Shown one piece after another: positions 37,485-47,524 of a stretch of DNA of 64,000 bases. Under the pieces are notes generated by a model that made no database searches, was not told the origin of the DNA, and saw only the letters and a program-made list of their open reading frames with translations. Every line of letters begins with the position of its first letter. The first letter of the stretch is position 1. Where the stretch lies: NCBI GenBank assembly GCA_029261595.1, contig JAJDAZ010000044.1, forward strand, positions 31,377 to 95,376, written 5' to 3'. The translations under genes and the position numbers were made by a program. Origin of the DNA: Nitrospinaceae bacterium. GTDB lineage: Bacteria > Nitrospinota > Nitrospinia > Nitrospinales > VA-1.

Positions 37485-38603
37485 TTAATGAGGAGTTTCT
37501 TGTAAACATTCTTGAGGTTCCGTATTTGATAATTCGGCCTCGATGATTTCAGTCAGTTTTTTCTCTCTGGCTTCCAGGGGATATTTGTCCATGATTCTCG
37601 CTCTTGCCTTGTGACCCTCCATTTTCATGGCTTTCCGTAAACCCGCTTTGATTTCATCCATATTCATGGAGTCAACGACCACACCGGTGTCGCCAATAAT
37701 TTCTGGGATGGAACTGATATTGAGCCCTACCGGAACGCATTCGCAAAGCATGGCTTCCGAAAGAACGTTGGGCATTCCCTCGGCGCGTGACAGGCACATG
37801 ATGACTTTTGCCTTTTGATAATGTGCGGGAAGAGCATGGTTGGGTACGTAGGGGAGGATGGCCAGGTTGTCTGGAAGGTTCACCCATTGTCCGACCCGTT
37901 CCGGGTCGGCCCCCACCAGCGTGAACTTGTATTCCGGAACGTTGGCCGCCAGTTGAATAAAAGTATCGGCGCCTTTAATTTTAAAGGTTTGAAAATTCAT
38001 TATGCTCCCCACCAAAATAACTTCTTCCGCTCTTGTTGTCTGACCATTGACCTTGAAGTGGGAGGCCCGGTACCCATTTGGAATCACTACAATTTTTTTT
38101 GAATCTATTTCCGGATACAGGGTCTTGATTCCCTGCTTTTTGATTTTTAATCCCAAAACCTTTCCCCGATCCCGAACCAGGGATTCACTGACCGGAAATA
38201 ATCGGTTGGCAGTCTGAAGCGTGAAACGGGTAAAAAACCGTGAGCGTTTGTTTCCGTAAGTTCCATAATTCAATTCAGGAATCCATGTGGCATCGAAGCC
38301 TCCCACAATCACAAACAACTTTTTTCCGAACAGGCGTGCGAAAATGGAAAAGAAAAACCCATAAACATCCGCGAATCTCAAAACCAGCCCATCGCATTGA
38401 CGAATATTTTTTAACAGCCAGATAAGGACTTTTGCATAAGTGAGCAGGGCCGTAGGAACGGTGCTGTAGTACTTTAGATAGAAGGATTTCAAGTCAAAGT
38501 GCTTTTTCAAAATTTCTTCGTCTTGCCTGACGAAGGGCAAGGTTTCGTGACTCAGGAATAAAAGGCGCCTGTTTTTTTGAGGTCGTCCGGGTATGTTGGC
38601 CAT
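37485..38603 (-). CDS. glycosyltransferase family 4 (GT-B)
   Basis: SRAEGMPNVLSEAMLCECVPVG region. The ATG at 38603 (MANIPGRPQKNRRLLFLSHE) is preferred over the longer track ORF. Confidence 0.75.
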   Translation of the reverse strand: MANIPGRPQKNRRLLFLSHETLPFVRQDEEILKKHFDLKSFYLKYYSTVPTALLTYAKVLIWLLKNIRQCDGLVLRFADVYGFFFSIFARLFGKKLFVIVGGFDATWIPELNYGTYGNKRSRFFTRFTLQTANRLFPVSESLVRDRGKVLGLKIKKQGIKTLYPEIDSKKIVVIPNGYRASHFKVNGQTTRAEEVILVGSIMNFQTFKIKGADTFIQLAANVPEYKFTLVGADPERVGQWVNLPDNLAILPYVPNHALPAHYQKAKVIMCLSRAEGMPNVLSEAMLCECVPVGLNISSIPEIIGDTGVVVDSMNMDEIKAGLRKAMKMEGHKARARIMDKYPLEAREKKLTEIIEAELSNTEPQECLQETPH

Positions 38604-38882
38604 CGTGATAGGGACAAAATTACTGGAATGGAATGCTTTTAAAACCCGTTTGGGCCATGAGCCAAATGGAAACGGTTCGGACCTTAAAGAAACCGGAGTT
38701 CTCATTAAGTCAATAAAATCAATACCTTCAGTCTTCTATTATAGGGCCTGGCGAGGGAGAAGTCCATTCCAAGTTGCTTGTCAGGTGCGTTACAGGTGGA
38801 AATTCAAGGTAAAACAGATAGAAAGGGCCGAACCTCCAAAACCGGCTGGCGAGAATATGGAAGGATTAAATTGGGGGGTCAG

Positions 38883-39791
38883 CTAACCATGGGCATTTGA
38901 AAACGCGTCGATGATATTTTGCAGATTGTTTGCCGGCGTGCTGTCTGGTTCTTTGATAAAAAATGGGGTCATTTCATCCACCGAATCCCGGACCCGGTCG
39001 CTTTCAATTAAATACCCCAGATAAACGGGTTCCACGCCAAGATATTTTTTAACCAGTTCAATGAGATTTTCTCCTGCCTTTAAATCCTTTTCATAGCGAA
39101 TCCGGTTGGCAATCAAACAAGGTCTGAAAGAATCTATAATCATATCGACCACCAATACCTGTTTCGGGTCGATGGCCGAAAGTTTTTCTTTGAGGATGTC
39201 TATAGAATGTGTTTCCATATCCGCAAGTGTTGGGTCCGAATGGTCCACCAGCCGTATTAGGTTTTCCTGATTCCTGAACAGAATGCTTATTCTCCGAAAC
39301 AGCGCCGCGCGGATAAAGCTGAAGGTTTTCATGACTGAGGTCAATTCAGGAGTGGTGATTATCATGCCTGAATCGGCCAGATTGAAAAAATCCACCACGG
39401 CATAACTCACACCGGGAGAAAGGTCCAGAAACACGTAGTCCGCATCCAGGTTACGAATGTTATCCCGGACAATGCCTAAAGTTTCGCTGTTTATGTCCGC
39501 GCTTCCAGGGTTATCTCCAGCCGCACAAATCAATTGAAGGTTGTCGATTCCTGTTTCCAGAAGAAGCGAAGGGGAGTGATTGGAGTTTTTTTGAAAAAAA
39601 TTGATGAAACCCAGAGGAGGATTTTTCACACCCAGCAAGGCATGCAGGTTGGAGGACCCGAAGTCAGTGTCCACCAGCACCACCTTCTTTCCACTTAAAG
39701 CAAGACCCACAGCAAGATTGGTACAGATGACACTTTTCCCAATACCGCCTTTGCCTCCGCCCACAGCAATGATGTGTTCCGGTGAAACCAT
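38883..39791 (-). CDS. ParA/MinD/FlhG-family P-loop ATPase
   Basis: Deviant Walker A GGGKGGIGKS with signature Lys, VVLVDTDFGSSN (A'/switch) and Walker B YVFLDLSPG. No obvious MinD-type C-terminal amphipathic helix. Confidence 0.85.
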   Translation of the reverse strand: MVSPEHIIAVGGGKGGIGKSVICTNLAVGLALSGKKVVLVDTDFGSSNLHALLGVKNPPLGFINFFQKNSNHSPSLLLETGIDNLQLICAAGDNPGSADINSETLGIVRDNIRNLDADYVFLDLSPGVSYAVVDFFNLADSGMIITTPELTSVMKTFSFIRAALFRRISILFRNQENLIRLVDHSDPTLADMETHSIDILKEKLSAIDPKQVLVVDMIIDSFRPCLIANRIRYEKDLKAGENLIELVKKYLGVEPVYLGYLIESDRVRDSVDEMTPFFIKEPDSTPANNLQNIIDAFSNAHG

Positions 39792-39856
39792 TCCTTTTAT
39801 TCCCGCGATCGATACGAAATATGGAGCTAGGCCGCTATTCTATCAGGGAAGAGCAA

Positions 39857-41095
39857 TTATTCCGGCTTTTTCTGATCTTTCAGGAAAATGAAAGATTCGA
39901 GTGATTCCTGATATTCTTTATCCGCGGAGATGCTTTTTGGGGGGGAGGTGGTTTCTGTTGTATTGAGAGTGGTGCTGAAAGAGGTGTTTTGTTCCTGCGA
40001 GGCTTCCGTGGTTTCCGGTTCGTGGATTTTCGCATCGAATCGGTCTTCCAGGTTTTTCTGGAATGATTTTAAATGAGTTATAACATCGGAATTTTCGAGT
40101 GAGGCCTCTTTTGTGCCAACGGGAAAGTCCTGGGACACTGGGGCCTGCGAGGGTGGAGAGGGGTCTATATTATTTTCAGGTTTTTCCGGGACCGATTTTT
40201 TTTTTTGCGTTTCAAATACCAGAGGCTCGGGCTCAGCGTTGATTTCTACAGAAGCGGTCTCCTGGTTTACATCGTCAGTCGGATATTTCTGCCTCAGTTT
40301 TTTGATGGCCATTTTCATCTTGGCTTTCAGGTCATCGGCTTCCTGATCAACGGGGTCGGGAGAATCGGCTTCAGCAGAATCGACTTCGGCTTCGTCAAAG
40401 CTGTGTTTGGATAGTGCGACCAGTTCCCGGTCCTCATCGCTGATTTGCAGATCTTCAAAATATTGATCCACATATTCAGCTTCCGCACTGCTGGAACTTG
40501 CGGGCTGGCTGGTTTCAATATCGCTTTCATCCTCCCAGGGAGATAACTCAGGATCTTCATCATCCTCTTCAAGTTGCAGGTCCAATGTGTTTGTTGAAAG
40601 AAACTCGTCGGTCGATTCCTGGTCCAGAGTGATCTGCTTTGTAAAGGAAGATGCTTCCGAATCCCCGGAACCGGACTCGTCTGCAACGTTAAAATCGGGA
40701 TAGTCGTTTTTATGATTCAATTCAAGAACCGTCTGATTGTAGCCTGGTTCGGAGGCCTCATTCGTGGGAGTTTGATTTGCGGGGCTCTTGAATTTTTCCT
40801 GTAAGTCGATCAAGGGTTTTTCAAATTCAAATTCCTTCATCTCATCCATCAACAGGTCAAGCCGTTCGCTCGCTTCCGTATTTGATTTTTTTGCCCGAAC
40901 CAGGGTGTAGGGCAATCCAATCAGCGCCAGCACAGTGAGGATTGAAGCCAGGGGATTTTCCAGAACTTTATCCCAGAAAGGTTTCAGAACATTTAAAAAT
41001 TGAAAATTTTCCGGGTCCAGCAATAACTCCAAACGGAGAAGGAAGGATTCCCAGATTTCGCGAATGTTAAAGTTTTCGAAAAAGACTTCCATCAT
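39857..41095 (-). CDS. single-pass membrane protein with ~340-aa highly acidic, low-complexity (predicted disordered) cytoplasmic tail; unknown function
   Basis: One TM helix (PLASILTVLALIGLPYTLV) followed by RAKKS (positive-inside). The remainder is D/E/S/T/P/Q-rich with no recognisable domain. Confidence 0.6.
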   Translation of the reverse strand: MMEVFFENFNIREIWESFLLRLELLLDPENFQFLNVLKPFWDKVLENPLASILTVLALIGLPYTLVRAKKSNTEASERLDLLMDEMKEFEFEKPLIDLQEKFKSPANQTPTNEASEPGYNQTVLELNHKNDYPDFNVADESGSGDSEASSFTKQITLDQESTDEFLSTNTLDLQLEEDDEDPELSPWEDESDIETSQPASSSSAEAEYVDQYFEDLQISDEDRELVALSKHSFDEAEVDSAEADSPDPVDQEADDLKAKMKMAIKKLRQKYPTDDVNQETASVEINAEPEPLVFETQKKKSVPEKPENNIDPSPPSQAPVSQDFPVGTKEASLENSDVITHLKSFQKNLEDRFDAKIHEPETTEASQEQNTSFSTTLNTTETTSPPKSISADKEYQESLESFIFLKDQKKPE

Positions 41096-41437
41096 GAGTT
41101 GGAAAAATATTCTGGGAAAAAAGCCCGATCGGGAAACAATTCCCCGATTAAGTCCTTAGAAAACAAAAATATTAAGAAACCTAAAAAAGTTATGTTACAA
41201 CCAACGGGCCTCAACCGGAGTTGAAAGCATAAAGCCCGATTTGCCAGCATATTATCTTACCACAGTCATTGAAAAAGTAGAATCCCATAAACGGGCTGTC
41301 ATTGATTTAAATGTTTGAATTTTTTCCGGACGGCTCCTAATCGGGACGGGTTAAAGTTCCAGGATGAAAATTTCGTAACGTTAAAAATGATATAATCCGT
41401 TGCCAAAAATTATTGATGGAACCCTTCAGGTCGGTTT

Positions 41438-42175
41438 ATGGAAAAAATTTCGGTTACGGTGATCACTCTCAACGAGGAAAAGAACATTGAGAGATGCCTG
41501 GAAAGCCTGCAATGGGCAGACGAAATCGTTGTTCTGGACAGCTTCAGCTCCGACCGGACGGTGGAAATCTGCCGCCAGTATACCGAAAAAGTTTTCCAGG
41601 AAAAATGGCAGGGTTTTGGCAAACAGAAAAATCTTTGCGCCTCAATGGCCAGCCAGAAGTGGGTCTTGAACATCGATGCCGATGAAGTGGTCAGTCCGGA
41701 GTGCGCCAGAGCCATCCGGGAGGAGTTGAAAAACGGGCCGGGGCATCCGTTGTACCGGTTTCCCCGCAAGAATTTTTTCAATAATCGCTGGGTGCGTTAT
41801 GGAGGATGGTATCCCGACAGGATTTCAAGATTTTATGATAAAACCAAAGTCTCTTTCAAGGAATCCAGGGTGCACGAAAAACTTGCCCCGGAGGAAGATT
41901 GCGGCTTCATAGGTGAGCCTTTGCTCCATTATACCTATGACGGGCTGGCGGATTACATGGACCGGCTGAATCGGTATTCCACACTTTTTGCCGAAGAGAA
42001 GGCCCAGTCAGGGTGGACCGCCGGCTGGACTCATCTTTATCTTCGGCCTCCGCTGACGTTTTTCAAGAACTTCGTGGTGCGTCAGGGGTTCCGGGAAGGG
42101 TTTCTGGGGATGTTTCTGGCCTTGTCGTCCGCGTTTTATACCTACCTGAAATACGCCAAAACCCGAAAAATTTGA
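41438..42175 (+). CDS. glycosyltransferase family 2 (small LPS-core/WaaE-like type)
   Basis: ISVTVITLNEEKNIERCLESL..ADEIVVLDSFSSDRT and NIDADE (DxD) motifs. 245 aa. Confidence 0.8.
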   Translation: MEKISVTVITLNEEKNIERCLESLQWADEIVVLDSFSSDRTVEICRQYTEKVFQEKWQGFGKQKNLCASMASQKWVLNIDADEVVSPECARAIREELKNGPGHPLYRFPRKNFFNNRWVRYGGWYPDRISRFYDKTKVSFKESRVHEKLAPEEDCGFIGEPLLHYTYDGLADYMDRLNRYSTLFAEEKAQSGWTAGWTHLYLRPPLTFFKNFVVRQGFREGFLGMFLALSSAFYTYLKYAKTRKI

Positions 42176-42364
42176 TTTCGGGGTCTATTGAGCCTCTTTA
42201 AAGGTTATGAAATCGAAATAATTTACGGTAAAATAACGACCTGAGGAATGCGGTTTTTGCGAGAAAATGCCTTTCTATTTATTGTTTTTGACCCCTCCAG
42301 GGACAATTTCAGCACCCCGGCCTCAATCAAACCATAAACCCTGACCGGATTTTCCGAGGTTATT

Positions 42365-43021
42365 TTGGACAAGACCCAATTATTGATACTGATGACACCC
42401 GTCGTATTGTTTTCTCTGACGGTGCACGAATATTCCCACGGGAAGGTGGCTCTTCTGCTGGGCGACGACACCGCTAAACGCCTGGGCAGGTTGACCTTCA
42501 ATCCTCTGAAACATCTGGACATGATGGGGGTTTTGTTCTTTTATTTTGTGGGCTTCGGGTGGGCCAAGCCGGTTCCCGTGGATTGGCGGAATTTTCAAAA
42601 CCCCCGCCGCGACATGATGTACGTGGCCCTTGCCGGGCCGTTATCCAACGTGGCCCTGGCGGTGGTGTGCAGTTTTTTTATCCGCATCATTTCACCCCAG
42701 GACAGTTATATTGCCTTTATATTGCTCAGTTTCGGGGTTTTTATCAACGTGGCCCTGGCGATTTTCAACATGCTTCCGGTGGCGCCGCTGGATGGCGGAA
42801 GCGTGATTAAAGGGCTGGTCTCTCACGAAATGGCCGAGACCCTGTCCCGATACGATAAGTTTGGCGCTGTCCTCATTCTGGGGATTTTCCTGATGGATCA
42901 CTTTGCGCACACAGGAATTCTCGGAAAGATCCTGGGGTTGCCGATCAACTATACGGTCCTGTTTTTGACCCAGGAATCGTTTCCCTATCTGCAACAGGTT
43001 TTAATGGCGAGTTTTGGCTGA
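42365..43021 (+). CDS. site-2 protease family (peptidase M50) membrane metalloprotease
   Basis: HEYSHG (HExxH), GRLTFNPLKHLD and NMLPVAPLDGG motifs. TTG start after GAGG-N6. Confidence 0.8.
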   Translation: MDKTQLLILMTPVVLFSLTVHEYSHGKVALLLGDDTAKRLGRLTFNPLKHLDMMGVLFFYFVGFGWAKPVPVDWRNFQNPRRDMMYVALAGPLSNVALAVVCSFFIRIISPQDSYIAFILLSFGVFINVALAIFNMLPVAPLDGGSVIKGLVSHEMAETLSRYDKFGAVLILGIFLMDHFAHTGILGKILGLPINYTVLFLTQESFPYLQQVLMASFG

Positions 43022-43042
43022 AACCCATTTTATAGAAATGCA

Positions 43043-44029
43043 ATGAAGCGAAAAAGAATCTTAAGTGGAATGCAGCCGTCCGGCAAACTGCATCTGGGAA
43101 ATTATCACGGAGCCCTCAAAAACTGGCTGGCCCTGCAGGAGGACTACGACTGTTTTTATTTCATTGCCGACTGGCACTCCCTGACCACACTTTATGAGAA
43201 ACCCCATCTCATCAAACAGTTTTCGTTTGAAGTGGCGGTGGACTGGCTGAGCTCCGGCCTGGACCCGGAGAAATGCACCCTGTTCGTGCAGTCGGATATT
43301 CCCGCACATGCGGAATTACATCTGCTGTTGTCGATGATCGTTCCGGTTCCCTGGTTGGAAAGAAATCCCACCTATAAGGAAAAGCAAATAGAGGTCAAGA
43401 GCGTGGACATGAGTTCCTACGGGTTTCTGGGTTATCCCGTGTTGCAGACATCTGACGTGGTTCTCTATAAGGCCGATTATGTCCCTGTAGGAATCGACCA
43501 GGTGCCGCATCTGGAAATTTCCCGCGAAATCGTGCGCCGGTTTCATAACCTGTATAAGAAAAAGGTATTTGTGGAACCTGCCGCTAAGATTTCGGAAATT
43601 CCCAAGCTCAACGGTATCGACGGGCGCAAGATGAGCAAGAGTTATAATAACGCCATTTACCTGTCCGACACGGAAAAGGAAATCAGGAAAAAAGTTCAGA
43701 GTATGTTGACCGACCCGGCACGGGCAAGGAGGGAAGACCCCGGCGACCCGGAGGTGTGCAATTTATTTCCTTTTCATAAACTGTATTCATCCAAAGAAAT
43801 GCAGGAGGAAATCATTCCCGCCTGCCGGAGCGCAAAAATCGGTTGCGGGGATTGTAAATTGAAACTGGTCGATTCCATGCTGGAAAGCATGCGCCCGATG
43901 ATGGAAAAGCGGCAGGTGATCGCCGCCAAGCCAAAAGAAGTCAAAGAAATTTTACACGCCGGTACGGAAAAAGCCGGGAAGGTTGCTAGCGCCACACTTG
44001 CAGAAGTGAAAGCGTGTATGAAAATCTAA
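43043..44029 (+). CDS. trpS: tryptophan--tRNA ligase
   Basis: SGMQPSGKLHLGNYHG (HIGH-type), the KMSKS motif and ~328 aa. Confidence 0.95.
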   Translation: MKRKRILSGMQPSGKLHLGNYHGALKNWLALQEDYDCFYFIADWHSLTTLYEKPHLIKQFSFEVAVDWLSSGLDPEKCTLFVQSDIPAHAELHLLLSMIVPVPWLERNPTYKEKQIEVKSVDMSSYGFLGYPVLQTSDVVLYKADYVPVGIDQVPHLEISREIVRRFHNLYKKKVFVEPAAKISEIPKLNGIDGRKMSKSYNNAIYLSDTEKEIRKKVQSMLTDPARARREDPGDPEVCNLFPFHKLYSSKEMQEEIIPACRSAKIGCGDCKLKLVDSMLESMRPMMEKRQVIAAKPKEVKEILHAGTEKAGKVASATLAEVKACMKI

Positions 44030-44157
44030 GTCAAAACCGTCATTGCAAGGAACGTAAGCTTAGGATTATTTCAACAGCCGCGCCGCTTTTAGCGACTCGC
44101 GATGACGAAATATACGATTCGTATTTTTTTTAATATCAAACGGTACAAAGAACTCAT

Positions 44158-46956
44158 ATGGACTATAAAGAAACGCTGAACCTCCCGCAAACGGATTTCC
44201 CCATGAAGGCCAACCTCATCAAGCGGGAGCCGGAAATCCTGGCCCGTTGGGAAAATGAAGATCTCTATGGAGCGATTCGCAAACAATCCAGGGGAAAACC
44301 CAAATATGTATTTCATGATGGTCCGCCCTATGCCAATGGGAATATCCATATGGGGCACGCCCTCAACAAAGTTCTGAAAGACTTCATCGTTAAAATCATG
44401 ACCATGAAAGGTTTTGACGCCACGTTCGTTCCGGGGTGGGATTGCCATGGATTGCCCATCGAACATCAGGTGACTAAAAAGCTCAAAGAAAAAAAGCTGA
44501 CCCCCGGAAAAACGGAAGTTAGAAAATTATGTCGGGAATATGCCGATGGGTTTGTGGGCATTCAACGAGATGAGTTCATTCGTTTGGGAGTGTTTGCCGA
44601 TTGGATGAAGCCTTACCTGACGATGGATTTTTCTTATGAAGCGACCATCGTGCGCGAATTCGGAAAGTTTGTGACGAGCGGGCAGGTTTACCGTGGGCTA
44701 AAACCGGTGCACTGGTGCACCTCCTGCCAAACCGCACTTGCGGAAGCGGAAGTGGAGCACGCGGATCACACATCTCCATCAATTTATGTAAAATTTGCTG
44801 TGAAGTCCGATCTTCCTTCGCCATTTGCTTCCCTGGATAAAGACAAAACCTTTTTTGTCATCTGGACGACGACTCCGTGGACGCTTCCTGCCAACCTGGC
44901 GGTCTGTCTGCATCCCGATTTCCAATATGCGGCAGTAGAAATGAATGGAGAGATTTATATCGTTGCTGAAGACCGTTTGCCGATGTTGGTGGAAGAATGG
45001 GGTATTGAGGATTATAAAATCCTGGGCAAGTGTGCGGGTAAAGAACTGGAGCATGCCGTGTGTCGGCATCCGTTCATTGATAGGGACTCAAAGATCATCA
45101 TCGGCGAACACGTGACGCTGGAGCAGGGAACCGGCTGTGTCCACACAGCACCCGGTCACGGGCAGGACGACTACGTGGTCGGCAATAAATACGGATTGGA
45201 AACCTATAATCCGGTGAATGACGCGGGAGTATTTGTGCCGGAGGTGGAACATTTTGGCGGGCAGTTTGTTTTCAAGGCCAATCCACTCATTATTGAGAAA
45301 TTGCAGGAAGACGGCAGCTTGCTGGCGGACAAAATGATTCAGCATTCTTATCCGCATTGCTGGCGATGCCACAAGCCCATCATTTTCCGGGCAACGCATC
45401 AATGGTTCATTCCGATGGATCAGAACGACCTCAGAAAAAAAGCCCTGGAGGCGATTGACCGGGTGGAATGGATTCCGTCGTGGGGCAAGGATCGGATTTA
45501 CAATATGGTGGAAAACCGCCCCGACTGGTGCGTGTCCCGGCAGAGAGCCTGGGGCGTTCCTATCACCATTTTTTCCTGTGTGGACTGCAAGGAAATCCTG
45601 CGGTCGGAGGAAGTGTTCCATCACATTGTCGAGCTGGTAGAAAAAAACGGAGCCGATTTCTGGTTTGAGAAAGCGGCTGAGGAACTATTACCTTCCGGCG
45701 TCAAATGCGTCTGCGGCAGTGTAAAATTTGCCAAGGAAAACGATATCCTCGATGTGTGGTTCGACTCCGGCGTCAGCCACGCCGCGGTGGTGGAAAATAA
45801 TCCCGAATTGCAATGGCCGGCGGACCTTTATCTGGAAGGCACCGACCAGCACCGGGGTTGGTTTCACAGTTCCCTGCTGGAATCCATCGGCACCCGTGGC
45901 AAGGAACCCTACAAAACTGTGTTGACGCACGGTTATGTGGTCGATGGCAAGGGCAAAAAAATGTCGAAGTCGGAAGGCAATGTCATTCCACCGCAGAAGA
46001 TCATCGATCAGTATGGCGCAGAAGTTCTCAGGCTCTGGGTGGCGTCGGAGAATTACCGGGAAGACATCCGCCTGTCCCAGGAGATTCTCAAGCGGTTAAC
46101 GGAGGCTTACCGGAAAATTCGCAACACCTTTCGCTACTTTCTCGGCAATCTGCATGACTTCAATCCTGAAACGGATCAGACGCCCATTGGCGAATTATTG
46201 GAGATCGACCGCTACATTCTGCACCGGCACAAATTGCTGGTGGATAAAATTTTAACGGCGTATGAAAATTATGAGTTTCACGTGTTTTACCAATCCTTCT
46301 ATAAGTTTTGCGTGGTCGATCTCAGTAATTTCTATCTGGATATCCTGAAGGACCGGCTGTACACGTATCCTAAGGCATCTAAAGAGCGCAGATCCGGGCA
46401 AACGGCTTTGTATATTATGTTGCGCGACCTGTCCAGGCTGATGGCCCCGGTTCTGAGTTTCACCGCTGAGGAGGTTTGGTCGCATATGCCGGAAACGTCC
46501 GGGACAAAAAGCGTTCACCAGAGTTTATTCCCCGATGTCTCGGAATACCAATTTGACGATGATATGATCGCAAAATGGGAGATACTGGTGGTGTTGAAAG
46601 GGGAGGTGAGCAAGGCGCTGGAAATTTGCCGACAGGAAAAGGTGATCGGCCATTCCCTGGACGCCGTGGTGCAGCTCGTTTTGCCGGAAAATATTCGCTC
46701 GGTATTGAAAAACGAAATCGAAGACGAGTTGAAATTTATTTTCATTGTTTCGGGGGTCGAGCTTGTGGACGGTCTGGAAAACGAAACCGGTGTGTATAAA
46801 AGTGAAGTGTTGGAGGGGCTACAAGTGCTTCCGAAACGGATGGGGGGACAAAAATGCGAGCGTTGCTGGAATTACTTTCTGGAACCTGCAAAAGCCACGG
46901 AGCATGCTAACATTTGCCAGCGTTGTGTTAAAAACCTGCAAGCGGCGGTGGCCTAG
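44158..46956 (+). CDS. ileS: isoleucine--tRNA ligase
   Basis: PPYANGNIHMGHALNK (HIGH), KMSKSEGN, the editing-domain region, and a C-terminal Zn finger CERCWNY...CQRC. Confidence 0.97.
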   Translation: MDYKETLNLPQTDFPMKANLIKREPEILARWENEDLYGAIRKQSRGKPKYVFHDGPPYANGNIHMGHALNKVLKDFIVKIMTMKGFDATFVPGWDCHGLPIEHQVTKKLKEKKLTPGKTEVRKLCREYADGFVGIQRDEFIRLGVFADWMKPYLTMDFSYEATIVREFGKFVTSGQVYRGLKPVHWCTSCQTALAEAEVEHADHTSPSIYVKFAVKSDLPSPFASLDKDKTFFVIWTTTPWTLPANLAVCLHPDFQYAAVEMNGEIYIVAEDRLPMLVEEWGIEDYKILGKCAGKELEHAVCRHPFIDRDSKIIIGEHVTLEQGTGCVHTAPGHGQDDYVVGNKYGLETYNPVNDAGVFVPEVEHFGGQFVFKANPLIIEKLQEDGSLLADKMIQHSYPHCWRCHKPIIFRATHQWFIPMDQNDLRKKALEAIDRVEWIPSWGKDRIYNMVENRPDWCVSRQRAWGVPITIFSCVDCKEILRSEEVFHHIVELVEKNGADFWFEKAAEELLPSGVKCVCGSVKFAKENDILDVWFDSGVSHAAVVENNPELQWPADLYLEGTDQHRGWFHSSLLESIGTRGKEPYKTVLTHGYVVDGKGKKMSKSEGNVIPPQKIIDQYGAEVLRLWVASENYREDIRLSQEILKRLTEAYRKIRNTFRYFLGNLHDFNPETDQTPIGELLEIDRYILHRHKLLVDKILTAYENYEFHVFYQSFYKFCVVDLSNFYLDILKDRLYTYPKASKERRSGQTALYIMLRDLSRLMAPVLSFTAEEVWSHMPETSGTKSVHQSLFPDVSEYQFDDDMIAKWEILVVLKGEVSKALEICRQEKVIGHSLDAVVQLVLPENIRSVLKNEIEDELKFIFIVSGVELVDGLENETGVYKSEVLEGLQVLPKRMGGQKCERCWNYFLEPAKATEHANICQRCVKNLQAAVA

Positions 46957-47469
46957 ATGCCTTTAAAGAATAAATACCTGACGCTGTTTCTGGTTTCCAA
47001 CACTTTGATCATTATTGATCAATACACCAAGTTTCTGGTCAACACGCATATTCCGATTTATAATTCCATAAACGTGATTGAGAATTTTTTTCATCTGACT
47101 CATGTCCGAAATCCAGGAGTGGCGTTTGGGTTGTTTGCCGATCAGGATTCCGAGTACAAAGCACTGGTCTTTATTTTAATTTCCTCTGTGGCCATCATTG
47201 CGATTCTGGTGATTTATCATCAAACTCCAGATGATAAAATAATGGTTCGGTCTGGTCTCATCATGATATTCAGCGGTGCGATCGGTAACCTCATCGACCG
47301 GATCGCTTATAAAGAAGTGGTCGATTTTGTGGATATTTTTTTCGGAAACTACCACTGGCCCGCCTTTAACTTTGCCGATGCTTGTATTACCATAGGAGTG
47401 GGATTTATGATTCTGGACCTTTTCCAGGGTCATTCCGAACATCAGGACCCTCCAATTACTCGCGGTTGA
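46957..47469 (+). CDS. lspA: lipoprotein signal peptidase (signal peptidase II)
   Basis: RNPGVAFG, GNLIDR and FNFADACITIG motifs. The ATG directly follows the ileS stop, the classical ileS-lspA arrangement. Confidence 0.9.
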   Translation: MPLKNKYLTLFLVSNTLIIIDQYTKFLVNTHIPIYNSINVIENFFHLTHVRNPGVAFGLFADQDSEYKALVFILISSVAIIAILVIYHQTPDDKIMVRSGLIMIFSGAIGNLIDRIAYKEVVDFVDIFFGNYHWPAFNFADACITIGVGFMILDLFQGHSEHQDPPITRG

Positions 47470-47524
47470 TTGTGACCCCTGGCGGTCTTGGAAAACGATT
47501 GCAAACTTTACTTTTCCGGCGATT

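Noticed and set aside
44089-45624. Minus-strand ORFs of 82-178 aa inside ileS (44089-44466, 44576-44824, 44779-45069, 45088-45624)
   Set aside because: All are antisense or off-frame within a 932-aa IleS with intact HIGH/KMSKS/Zn-finger motifs.
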